64,000 bases of DNA from Acidobacteriaceae bacterium (lineage in GTDB: Bacteria > Acidobacteriota > Terriglobia > Terriglobales > Acidobacteriaceae): the NCBI GenBank assembly GCA_003131315.1, contig PKUV01000160.1, positions 59,804 through 123,803 on the forward strand, given 5' to 3'. Numbering within the stretch: position 1 is the stretch's first letter; each line of letters opens with the position of its first letter. Shown here one piece after another: positions 1-8,311 of the stretch. The notes beneath the pieces were generated by a model, which saw only the letters and a program-made list of their open reading frames with translations, was not told where the DNA came from and did no database searches. A program made the translations under genes and the position numbers.

Positions 1-201
1 GCCGTTCATCTCCAGGATGTGGACGTGGTGGGTAAGCCGGTCCAACAGCGCGCCGGTCAGCCGTTCCGATCCGAGGACTTCGGTCCACTCCTGGAATGGA
101 AGATTGCTGGTCACCAGGGTGGAGCCGCGTTCGTAGCGTTGGCTAAAGACCTCGAACAGTAACTCGGCGCCGGACTTGGAGAGCGGCACGAAGCCCAGTG
201 A
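1..201 (-). pseudogene. IS21-family IstB (ATP-binding helper) fragment; 5'-truncated and running off the left edge
   Basis: The minus-strand translation reads SLGFVPLSKSGAELLFEVFSQRYERGSTLVTSNLPFQEWTEVLGSERLTGALLDRLTHHVHILEMNG, which is the conserved C-terminal block of IstB. An in-frame stop lies upstream at 232-234 and there is no Walker A part. Confidence 0.8.
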
Positions 202-509
202 CTGCTGCTCAGATCTAAGCCAGCCGGTGGCTCAGCCGAGTCCCCGTTTGCTAGCTGGAAGAAGCAATGGGAAGCGGGGTGGGAACGCTCGTGCTGAACG
301 ACACAGCCCCGAGCGCCTTGAAGGGTGGGAACGTTTGGGAGGAATCGCGACAAGGGAGCGACATGGGCCGGAGTTCTTCCGCAAGATCCGCGCTCTGCGT
401 CGCCATTATAAAAAAGGGTATCGGACACATAAGACGAAGGAACGGCTGAAACAGCAGGCGGATCAAGTCATCCAGCGATTGACGAAGAAAATCTTGAGCG
501 CGGTGGGGG

Positions 510-797
510 ATGCGTTTCGTGCCGGGCGGACCGCTGAAAAGCATCGGGGAAGTGAGCGAGCTCTTGGAAGAAACAATTAACCGAGTCCGCCAAGGCCCAT
601 TCGATCTTCGTGCCGCCAATGCAATTGGGTTTCTGGCCGGGATTCTTCTGAAGGCTCTCGACCAACGGTTTGAAGAGCGTCTCGCGCATTTGGAAGCAGT
701 ATCCGGCAAGACAGGAACCGACACCGAGGTATTTGAGTTCCGGTCGGCCAAGGAGTCGACATATGAACAGTCGTCAACGACGCGTCCGAGCGATTGA
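510..797 (+). CDS. hypothetical protein, possibly mobile-element cargo; may be a frameshifted continuation of the 176-580 frame
   Basis: A 95-aa ORF with plausible, non-repetitive composition (GPLKSIGEVSELLEETINRVRQGPFDLRAANAIGFLAGILLKALDQ). I recognised no family and the RBS is poor. Confidence 0.3.
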   Translation: MRFVPGGPLKSIGEVSELLEETINRVRQGPFDLRAANAIGFLAGILLKALDQRFEERLAHLEAVSGKTGTDTEVFEFRSAKESTYEQSSTTRPSD

Positions 798-930
798 ACT
801 CTCTCTGACACCAAAGCAGGTCGTTGTGGTATGGCTCAGAAATGCATTGCAAGCAGGGACCTTCAAAGAAGGTGCCCGACACGCGCCACCGTATCGCGGC
901 ACGATCGCGAATGCGGTATATAACACCTAA
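763..930 (+). CDS. small hypothetical protein (55 aa)
   Basis: ATG at 763 is preceded by AAGGAG (750-755). It overlaps the end of the previous ORF. I recognised no family. Confidence 0.3.
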   Translation: MNSRQRRVRAIELSLTPKQVVVVWLRNALQAGTFKEGARHAPPYRGTIANAVYNT

Positions 931-1105
931 ATTATGCATAGACTCCGGCCTCGTCTCAGGTGCCGGTTGGGTTTCGGTTCTCATTGTTGTTGCCGCTTGG
1001 TGTCTTGATCGCTAACTGATTCGTCTTCTCTCTTGGTGCTTCTGTTCCGTCTTTCTAAGTTGTTGTCGGTTAAGGGCTACGAGTGCATAGGAAATTATGC
1101 ACGGT

Positions 1106-1884
1106 TCACGATCGTAAGGGAGTGAGCAACACGGGCGCAAAGCTCGCCTCGCCCGGAGCGATGTTGCGCAAGCGATCCATGAGCCGGTGGAACAATCCCC
1201 GTTCCGCGTACTGATCGCTATAGCTGACCCCAACGCGTCCGGCGTGGCGCCAGACCTTAGCCGCCAGGAACAGAAAGCGCAAACGCGCGATCGCCAAGGT
1301 CGTATGCTTGAGCTCGGCCACCTTCGCCGTTTCCTCTCGCTGGAACAGCAGCAGCCAGCAGTTGAGGTTGTAGGCCAGCATGGCCAGCTGAAAATGAACG
1401 CAGTTGGTGGCCCAGCGCCGGGAAGGATGGGCAGCCAAGCCGGCATCATTGTTGGCTTCCTTGATCAGATTCTCGGCCCCGGCGCGCTGATTGTAGAACC
1501 ACATCAGCAGGTCGATGGGACGCTTCATGTTGGTCACGAACACCCGATAGATATACTGCGGGCTATCGAACACTTGGTACTGCTCGCGCTCGGGCGAGAG
1601 CGGGTCCTGCTTCTGGTAGCGCAAGGCAAGAAAGCGGTAGGCCTTGCCCCAACCTTCAGGTTGATAGCAGAACTCACACTGCTCATCGGCATCTGGCGCA
1701 GCATGGCGGAATTGATGACCGCGCCAGCAAAGAAAGGAATGCCCATGTTGCACAGATCGAGCAACCAAAGAACTGAAACCAATTTCCATCCGTAGAAGCC
1801 GGGAACGGATATCGATATTGCCGATTGGCCGCTCGATTGTGCATTCTTCTCTCCCAGCCAAGGTGGCATTCTGTGTTGAGTCAT
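1106..1884 (-). pseudogene. IS1380-like (DDE group 1) transposase remnant; 5'-truncated and frameshifted
   Basis: The C-terminal part reads YRVFVTNM...LMWFYNQRAGAENLIKEANNDAGLAAHPSRRWATNCVHFQLAMLAYNLNCWLLLF. The upstream part (PGFYGWKLVSVLWLLDLCNMGIPFFAGAVINSAMLR) is in another frame (ORF 1534-1884). The total is about half of a normal ~450-aa transposase. Confidence 0.7.
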
Positions 1885-1919
1885 GCTCTGTCGCCGGCAC
1901 CGAACGCAGTGATTGTCAG

Positions 1920-2396
1920 TTAGCGGTTCGCCTTTGAAGCCTGCCGCTGAGCAGTGACCATGATCTCGATGTGCGCATCGGGCACCGCCAACGCATTTAC
2001 GCCCACGGTCACACGCGCCGGCCGTGGAGCCTTGAAGACCGAAGCATAGACCCCATTCATGCGTTTAAACTGGGTCATGTCGGTGAGAAATACCTGGGCG
2101 GAGACGACGTCCGCGTAGTCCATTCCGGCCGCTTTCAGAATGATTTCTATGTTGTCGAGGCAGGCTTTAACCTCGGCGTCGAAGTCTCTGGGGATTTTCC
2201 CCGTATGCAGATCTACGCCGATTTCGCCGGAAACATACAGCGTGTCTCCCACCAGAATTCCGGGGCTGAAGGGAATGGAATCTTTGCCCTGGTTCCCGAG
2301 TTCCGGCGGTGAGATCACCTTGCGCTGCTGAGCAGACACAACTGCCACGCCAGCAACCAGCAGGAACAGCATCATCGCTACGATCCTTGGTTTCAT
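1920..2396 (-). CDS. exported RidA/YjgF-family protein with a Sec signal peptide
   Basis: N-terminal MKPRIVAMMLFLLVAGVAVVSAQQ is followed by a RidA core (LVGDTLYVSGEIG ... PARVTVGVNAL ... IEIMVTA). The canonical P-A-R arginine is retained. Confidence 0.85.
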   Translation of the reverse strand: MKPRIVAMMLFLLVAGVAVVSAQQRKVISPPELGNQGKDSIPFSPGILVGDTLYVSGEIGVDLHTGKIPRDFDAEVKACLDNIEIILKAAGMDYADVVSAQVFLTDMTQFKRMNGVYASVFKAPRPARVTVGVNALAVPDAHIEIMVTAQRQASKANR

Positions 2397-2420
2397 AGGA
2401 CTCCTCTTCTCATCAGTTCG

Positions 2421-3770
2421 CTACCTCGTTGCCAATGCCGGAGCCGCGACTTCTTTTCCATTCGTCTTGTAGACAATGCCGCCTTTCATTACGAATCCAA
2501 CTCGCTCCAGCTCAGTGATGTCCTTCAGGGGGTCTCCCGAGACAGCGATGATGTCGGCAAACTTGCCCGGCTCAATCGAACCGATGTTCTGGGAATCGCC
2601 GATCAAGTCGGCAGCATTCACCGTGGCCGCGGCAAGAGCGTCCATCGGCATCATACCGAGACGGACCATCTCGGTAAGTTCTTTCGCCGGCGTGAATCCT
2701 CCGCGAAAATTGCCGAAAGAATCGGTGCCCATGGCGATCTTGACTCCGGCTTGATTCGCGCTGGTGAACATCGCCTGAATGACTGGCTCTATGGCGTGGA
2801 TTTTGGCCACGATATGCGGCGGCAATTGTTCCGGGTGTTGTTTTGCAGTTTGGAAAAGCGAGTACGCTACATAAACGGTTGGTACAAGGTAGGTGCCGTG
2901 TTCTTTCATCAGGGCGAACGACTCCTGATCGGCGTAGGTTCCGTGCTCGATGGAATCAATGCCCAATCGGACGCAATTGTCGATTGCAGCTTTGCCGTGT
3001 GCATGAGCTGCGACCTTCATTCCGAGAGAGTGCGCAGTGTCGATGACGGCCTTGATCTCATCGTTGGCCATCAATTGCAGCTTTGGGTCGTCTCCGACAG
3101 AGCCAACTCCGCCACTCGGCACGATTTTGATCAGGTCGGTTCCGCTGCGCCGATGTTCCCGCACTACCTTGCGGGCCTGGTCGGGGCTGTCAACGATCGA
3201 TGCGCTCCACTCTGAGCTGGAAATACCTTCGGCTACGCCATTGGCGCTATCGGAATGGCCACCAGTTGGCCCAATGATTTGACCGGCGGCCCAGATTCTT
3301 GGGCCGATCACAAGTTGGCGCTCAATCGCTTTTTTGAGGGCGACGTCCACCGTGTCGCGTGCACCTACGTCGCGAACACTGGTAAAGCCATTCAGCAGCG
3401 TGGCCTTGGCGTTCGCGGCCGCATAGAAGGCGGAATCTGCAACATTTTCTGTGACCAGATCCTGAAAATAGCTACCCGTGCCCAAATGCATGGTCAGGTG
3501 CTTGTGGCAATCAATCAGACCGGGTAATACTGTCGCGCTGGATAGGTCGATGATCTCGGCATCTTTGGGAGAAACAAAACCGTCCTGGACTGCGCTGATC
3601 CTGCTTCCTTGCACAACGATCGAGATCCGATCGCGAACCTGCTTGTGGGCTGTGTCAATCATCCGCCCGGCATGAATCACTACAATCTTCTGCTGTGCAA
3701 GTCCTTGGGCGCACCAGATGCCGACCAGAAGAGATAGAAGAAAACTGCTCCGCCGCGACCCCTGCTTCAT
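2421..3770 (-). CDS. exported metal-dependent amidohydrolase (Amidohydro_1; prolidase/imidazolonepropionase-like)
   Basis: It has a signal peptide and the motifs LPGLIDCHKHL, AAHAHG, IEHGT and GTDS. It overlaps the upstream gene by 4 nt. Confidence 0.85.
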   Translation of the reverse strand: MKQGSRRSSFLLSLLVGIWCAQGLAQQKIVVIHAGRMIDTAHKQVRDRISIVVQGSRISAVQDGFVSPKDAEIIDLSSATVLPGLIDCHKHLTMHLGTGSYFQDLVTENVADSAFYAAANAKATLLNGFTSVRDVGARDTVDVALKKAIERQLVIGPRIWAAGQIIGPTGGHSDSANGVAEGISSSEWSASIVDSPDQARKVVREHRRSGTDLIKIVPSGGVGSVGDDPKLQLMANDEIKAVIDTAHSLGMKVAAHAHGKAAIDNCVRLGIDSIEHGTYADQESFALMKEHGTYLVPTVYVAYSLFQTAKQHPEQLPPHIVAKIHAIEPVIQAMFTSANQAGVKIAMGTDSFGNFRGGFTPAKELTEMVRLGMMPMDALAAATVNAADLIGDSQNIGSIEPGKFADIIAVSGDPLKDITELERVGFVMKGGIVYKTNGKEVAAPALATR

Positions 3771-5017
3771 GCCAATGCCTCCAGCAGTTTGTCGATGTCA
3801 CTCATAGCGTTAAACACAGAAGGTGAGACTCGGATGTAGCGCCGCGAGACGCGAGCATTGACCTTTGCTTTCAGCAGACGTTGCTGAACCGCCTCATAAT
3901 CCTTCACGGCAAAGCTGACGAGTGCCGAGGTGGACTCCGGAGGCGTAATCGGCGCGAAACCGAGGCGCGGCATTTCTTCATGAAGTCGTTTCAACAGCGG
4001 TTGCCGGTGCGCGTAGATATTCTCGACTCCGAGTTTGCGGATGTAGGGAAGCGACTGCGCCAGCACATGGGCCGTGCCGATTGCGGGCGTTCCGACTTCA
4101 AAATGTCCCGTGGCATTTTTCTCAAGTTCCCAGGTGTACGGGGCAGGGTTCGGCGGATCTCCGGGGAGGAAATGGGAATCGAGCGCACTTGCCTGGTAGT
4201 AGCCGTATTGCGAACGCCGGATGACTCGATCGAGCAACGCTTCCTTTACAAAAAGGAAGCCCAAACCAAAATCGGCCATCAGCCACTTGAAGCTGGAACA
4301 GGCACAGAAATCGACGCCGCTGGCGCGAACGTCGATGGGCGTGTTCCCGGCGGCTTGAACAATATCCGCATAGACATACGCTCCATGGGCGTGAGCAAGA
4401 GCGCAAACCGCCTTCAAATCGTGCTGGAAGCCGTTATCCATGGCGACCAGCGATATTTCGATCAGTTTTGTCTTCTTGTTGACGACGCGCTCCAGATCTT
4501 TCAGGTCAATCCGCCAGTCGCGCGGCATCACTACACGAAGATCAAGGCCGAATTTTTGCCGAAGGGCCTCCAGATGCAGCAGCGCGCCTTCGAAGTGCAG
4601 AGCATCGGTTACGATGTTGTCGGACCTGTAATCAATATCCAACCCATTCACGACGAGGTTCTCCCCCGTGCTGGTATTTGGGACATAACTGATCTCCGAT
4701 TCCTTGGCGTTGATGAGGGCTGCGAATTCGGCTTTGATGTTGATCAGTTTCTTGGGCTGCGACACGACTTGCGGCTGAGAGCGGAACTCCGCCCATTCGC
4801 GCAACGCCACCGCTGCAGCCACCGGCATCGGATGCGTATAGGCGGAGTTGATGTATGTCACGCCATCAGGAATGGCAAAATCCTGCTTCGCTGGCAGAAG
4901 AGATGCCGTGCTCGAAGAGGAACTAGGCTGCAAATTCGAAGCACCAGCTAGGGGGCGGGCGATTCCAGCAGCCGCCAGCATGCCAAGGCCTGCCAAAACT
5001 TCACGCCGGCTGATCAT
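3767..5017 (-). CDS. class V aminotransferase / cysteine-desulfurase-like PLP enzyme with a twin-arginine signal
   Basis: MISRREVLAGLGMLAAAGIARPLAG is Tat-like. SSFKWL is a PLP-lysine context. GGAGGA lies 10 nt upstream of the 5017 ATG. Alternative starts are 5035 and 5071. Confidence 0.8.
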   Translation of the reverse strand: MISRREVLAGLGMLAAAGIARPLAGASNLQPSSSSSTASLLPAKQDFAIPDGVTYINSAYTHPMPVAAAVALREWAEFRSQPQVVSQPKKLINIKAEFAALINAKESEISYVPNTSTGENLVVNGLDIDYRSDNIVTDALHFEGALLHLEALRQKFGLDLRVVMPRDWRIDLKDLERVVNKKTKLIEISLVAMDNGFQHDLKAVCALAHAHGAYVYADIVQAAGNTPIDVRASGVDFCACSSFKWLMADFGLGFLFVKEALLDRVIRRSQYGYYQASALDSHFLPGDPPNPAPYTWELEKNATGHFEVGTPAIGTAHVLAQSLPYIRKLGVENIYAHRQPLLKRLHEEMPRLGFAPITPPESTSALVSFAVKDYEAVQQRLLKAKVNARVSRRYIRVSPSVFNAMSDIDKLLEALA

Positions 5018-5073
5018 GAATTGGTGTTCCTCCATAAGGCCCCCGATCTTCTTTGACGGACATAATCCCAACT

Positions 5074-6633
5074 TCAGGGAGAATGGTGTCCGCCAGTTAT
5101 AAAAGCGCGAACATCACGGGCAAGCATTTGACGCGCTTTTGTGCCGAGATATGGCATGTGGCCGGACGGGTAGACGTGCATTTCGGTCGCAGCCTTTGGA
5201 AAGGCGGCGTGTGCGATGACGTATTCGGCGGAACCAAGCGGCGTTACCAGATCGTAGTATCCGGACCCAACCATCAAGCGCAAATGAGGGTTTCGGCGCA
5301 TCGCTATGCTCAGATCCTCAGCGTAGTTCGTATCGGATCCTGCGCCGGAGCCGCGGCCGTAATCCCAATGAGCATTGACGGCGCGAAAAGAGATTGCTTC
5401 GTAGGGCTCGTCAATCGAGACGCCCAGCTCGTCGTGTTGATAGGTGTTGAAGCTGGCGACAAAGCCCGGAACGTACTGGCCCATGGCCGGATCGTCAGCC
5501 ACGGGATCTTTGCCGTTCGGCGTGAGCGGCAGCGTGTAGCGTGCGTCGTAAGCTCCGACCTGTTCGCCGCGGTCTTTCAGAAGTTCCTGTTCGAAGGCTA
5601 CCGCACTGATTCTCAGATCATTCTTGCGAACGAAATCCGCGGAAAGGCCGGTTAGCGCCGCAAGCCGCGCGGCGACCGCGTCACGCTCAGTAGGTGCCAG
5701 GTTCGTTCCGGCATAGAGTGCTTTCAGATAGGCGTCAGCCGCGAACTTCTTCGCGTCCGCCACTTGCGTTTCCGCAGCACAGCCTACCGCAGCCTTGCCG
5801 TGATAGCACGCGGTAGCAGCAAATGTCGGCAGAATGTTGACGTACGCGGTATCTTCATTGGCCGAACCTTTCAGGTCCAACGCCTGGCCTAGAAGAATGA
5901 CGCCATTCAGCGTCATCCCATCCATGCTTCCGGTTTCCGTGGGTCCGCCCGCGAGCAGGCGCGAAACAACAGCCGCACGTATAGTCCCGTAGCTTTCCGA
6001 GAGCAAGTACTTTGGAGCGTTCCAACGGTTGTTCTCTCGAACCCAGCGCTCAATCAGATCTACGGTCACTTTTCCGTCCTGCATCGTGCCGTAGAATTCT
6101 TCAGGCTTGCCGTCAGGAAGTATGCGACTGAATCCCGTACCGGGCGGATCAATCAGTACGACGTCGGCAACGTCAAGCGGACTATCTTCGTTATCGACAA
6201 TATGAAAAGGTGGTACTGTTTCCGGCTTCAGAACATCCGCGAAATCGACCCGGCGCGGGCCGACAAATCCCATGTGCAGCCAGATTGACGATGATCCCGG
6301 TCCGCCGTTAAACACGAAGATTACAGGGCGTACTGCGCCTTTCGGGATGTCGGTTCGAATGTAGCTCGTTGTGAATATGCTCGCGGTGCGTTTGCCCGAA
6401 GCGTTTGTGACGAAGTTCTCAGCGACAACTGCCTTGTAATGCACCTGCTGTCCGCCAAAGACTCCCTGGTGGGATGTTTCAAAATGTCGCGGGGAAGGTA
6501 AGGTTTGCGGGGTTGGCGCAGCGTCGGCCGCCTTGACAGTATCTGGTCGCGGCGACTGGCCGGTTGACGCGGGGGCGAACAACAGGTTCAACGAGATTCC
6601 CAGGATCAAGAATGCCGTCGCCCATCGCATCAA
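5074..6633 (-). CDS. exported peptidase S10 (serine carboxypeptidase) family, paralog 1
   Basis: It has a signal peptide and the motifs FVFNGGPGSSS, SESYG (nucleophile motif, with G to S at the first position), GYYDLVT and SGHMPY. Confidence 0.85.
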   Translation of the reverse strand: MMRWATAFLILGISLNLLFAPASTGQSPRPDTVKAADAAPTPQTLPSPRHFETSHQGVFGGQQVHYKAVVAENFVTNASGKRTASIFTTSYIRTDIPKGAVRPVIFVFNGGPGSSSIWLHMGFVGPRRVDFADVLKPETVPPFHIVDNEDSPLDVADVVLIDPPGTGFSRILPDGKPEEFYGTMQDGKVTVDLIERWVRENNRWNAPKYLLSESYGTIRAAVVSRLLAGGPTETGSMDGMTLNGVILLGQALDLKGSANEDTAYVNILPTFAATACYHGKAAVGCAAETQVADAKKFAADAYLKALYAGTNLAPTERDAVAARLAALTGLSADFVRKNDLRISAVAFEQELLKDRGEQVGAYDARYTLPLTPNGKDPVADDPAMGQYVPGFVASFNTYQHDELGVSIDEPYEAISFRAVNAHWDYGRGSGAGSDTNYAEDLSIAMRRNPHLRLMVGSGYYDLVTPLGSAEYVIAHAAFPKAATEMHVYPSGHMPYLGTKARQMLARDVRAFITGGHHSP

Positions 6634-6685
6634 TCTCTCCCTCTCCGATCTCGTGAATTACTCTGCAAGAAGCTAACGGTGAAGC

Positions 6686-8197
6686 CTAATAGCGCGAGCC
6701 GACTAAAGTTCGAATATCATCGGTAAACTTCTTGGCGCTGCGCTCTACTGTGTAGGCCATGTGGCCGCCTTCATAAAAGGAAAGAGTGGCCCGGCCTTCC
6801 GGCCAACCCGCTTGCCGCTCAGCATACTCCGCAGCCCCAACTGTTGTTTGCGTGTCGTGATAGCCATTGCCGATCAGAACGTGAAAGTGCGGATTTGCTT
6901 TCATCACCTTCAGGAGGCGGTCGCTGTAGGGCCAATCGGCAAAAGGGCCACTTCCGTCCCATTTCCACTCATCCAACTCCGCCCCCTTGAAAATGATGTA
7001 TTCTTCGGGCCAGTCCACATTCAGGTCCTTGCGAACGTACTCCTGGAAAAGATGTCTGAACGGGGCCGTGATCCGGTCCGACGGATCGGCGGCGAGTCCG
7101 TTGCTCGTGATCGGCGCGACATAGCGGCCGTCGTTTCGGCCAAGCAGCAGTCCGCGATCTTTGAGCAGCACGCCGCGATATTCCTCCTTGCTGATCCGGA
7201 GGCCGTGCTCACGGTAATAAGCTACCGGAATGCCGCTCAGCTCCTCGAGCCGCTTCGCTACGCGATCTCTTTCCGCGGGCTCGATGGAATTCCCTTTGAA
7301 GAGTGCGGTCAGGTAATCGGTTTGCGCAAAGCGCCATGCTTCCCGTTCAAACTCCTCGAATGTCCTGCCCGAGCGGTCAACCTTTTGGTGATACCAGCCC
7401 AGGGCCGCCAACGTCGGCAACGAAACTGCATAACTAACTATGTTCTGCGGCCGCTGGCGATATTCGATGATGTTGATCGCCTGCCCCATCAGGACGACAC
7501 CCTGCAGCAGGATCGGCTTCGGCAATTCGGCAAGCTGGGTAGCAACTTCAGCGGCGCGAATGGTGCCGTAACTCTCGCCCAGCAGGTAAGAAGGCGATGA
7601 CAGACGGCCATGTTGTGTCAGCCATGCGGAGATGAACGCGGTTACTTGCTGTCCATCAGCGGCCACTGAAAAATAGCTCTCCGGCGCGGTTCCCGGCAGC
7701 ACGCGGCTGTAGCCCGTCGAAGCCGGATCGATGAACACAAGATCACTGACGTCGAGCGGCGAATAGGCGTTGTCCACCAACTGAAACGTATTCGGATCGG
7801 CCGTCAAGTCGTCGGGCACCGCCACACGCTTCGGCCCCATGACTCCGACGTGCAGCCACAATGACGCGGTGATGGGTCCGCCATTGAAAACGAACATCAC
7901 CGGCCGTGTTGCAGCGCCTTTGACATCATCGGCGGTATAAGCGAAGCTGACCAGCCGGGCCGCAGGTTTGCCCTTCGCATCAGGAACATCGATCGGCTCT
8001 ACGTCAGCCGTGTACCGGACCTGCTTGCCATTGAACGTCCCGCTGTGGTGGGTAATTACCGGTGCATAGGAAACGACCTGCGCTGGCGTAGCCTGCAGCG
8101 TGGCCATCTGACCGCCAGCAACTTGTCCGGCGGCATGAGACAATGCGAATATCGCAACCAATGCCGCGGTCAAGCTCGTCATTCTTATGCGTGTCAT
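6686..8197 (-). CDS. exported peptidase S10 family, paralog 2
   Basis: The start was chosen at MTRIRMTSLTAALVAIFALSHA. Motifs are FVFNGGP, GESYG, GYHDTQT and GGHMAY. Confidence 0.85.
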   Translation of the reverse strand: MTRIRMTSLTAALVAIFALSHAAGQVAGGQMATLQATPAQVVSYAPVITHHSGTFNGKQVRYTADVEPIDVPDAKGKPAARLVSFAYTADDVKGAATRPVMFVFNGGPITASLWLHVGVMGPKRVAVPDDLTADPNTFQLVDNAYSPLDVSDLVFIDPASTGYSRVLPGTAPESYFSVAADGQQVTAFISAWLTQHGRLSSPSYLLGESYGTIRAAEVATQLAELPKPILLQGVVLMGQAINIIEYRQRPQNIVSYAVSLPTLAALGWYHQKVDRSGRTFEEFEREAWRFAQTDYLTALFKGNSIEPAERDRVAKRLEELSGIPVAYYREHGLRISKEEYRGVLLKDRGLLLGRNDGRYVAPITSNGLAADPSDRITAPFRHLFQEYVRKDLNVDWPEEYIIFKGAELDEWKWDGSGPFADWPYSDRLLKVMKANPHFHVLIGNGYHDTQTTVGAAEYAERQAGWPEGRATLSFYEGGHMAYTVERSAKKFTDDIRTLVGSRY

Positions 8198-8311
8198 TGA
8201 TCCGCCGTTCCCCTGACCAGCATGAAATAGGAGCATGCTTGGTGTATCGGAATTGGCATCAATTTTCCGATGTAGCCGCAAGTGTGATTCGAGTCACGAC
8301 ACAAGCACGCC

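Noticed and set aside
3881-4951. A 356-aa plus-strand ORF
   Set aside because: It lies entirely antisense to the class V aminotransferase gene. It is Arg-rich and low-complexity with no motifs. The same reasoning applies to other long antisense ORFs, such as 6761-7600, 10511-11407, 17499-18296, 20660-21385, 31536-32051, 32119-32727, 50495-51139 and 56727-57227.
8198-8281. Longer N-termini given by the ORF track for several exported proteins (for example 6686-8281, 13414-15066, 15077-16717, 45300-48800, 48778-50118, 52855-54060)
   Set aside because: Internal starts give canonical signal peptides and/or have Shine-Dalgarno sequences. The extensions would bury the signal peptides.
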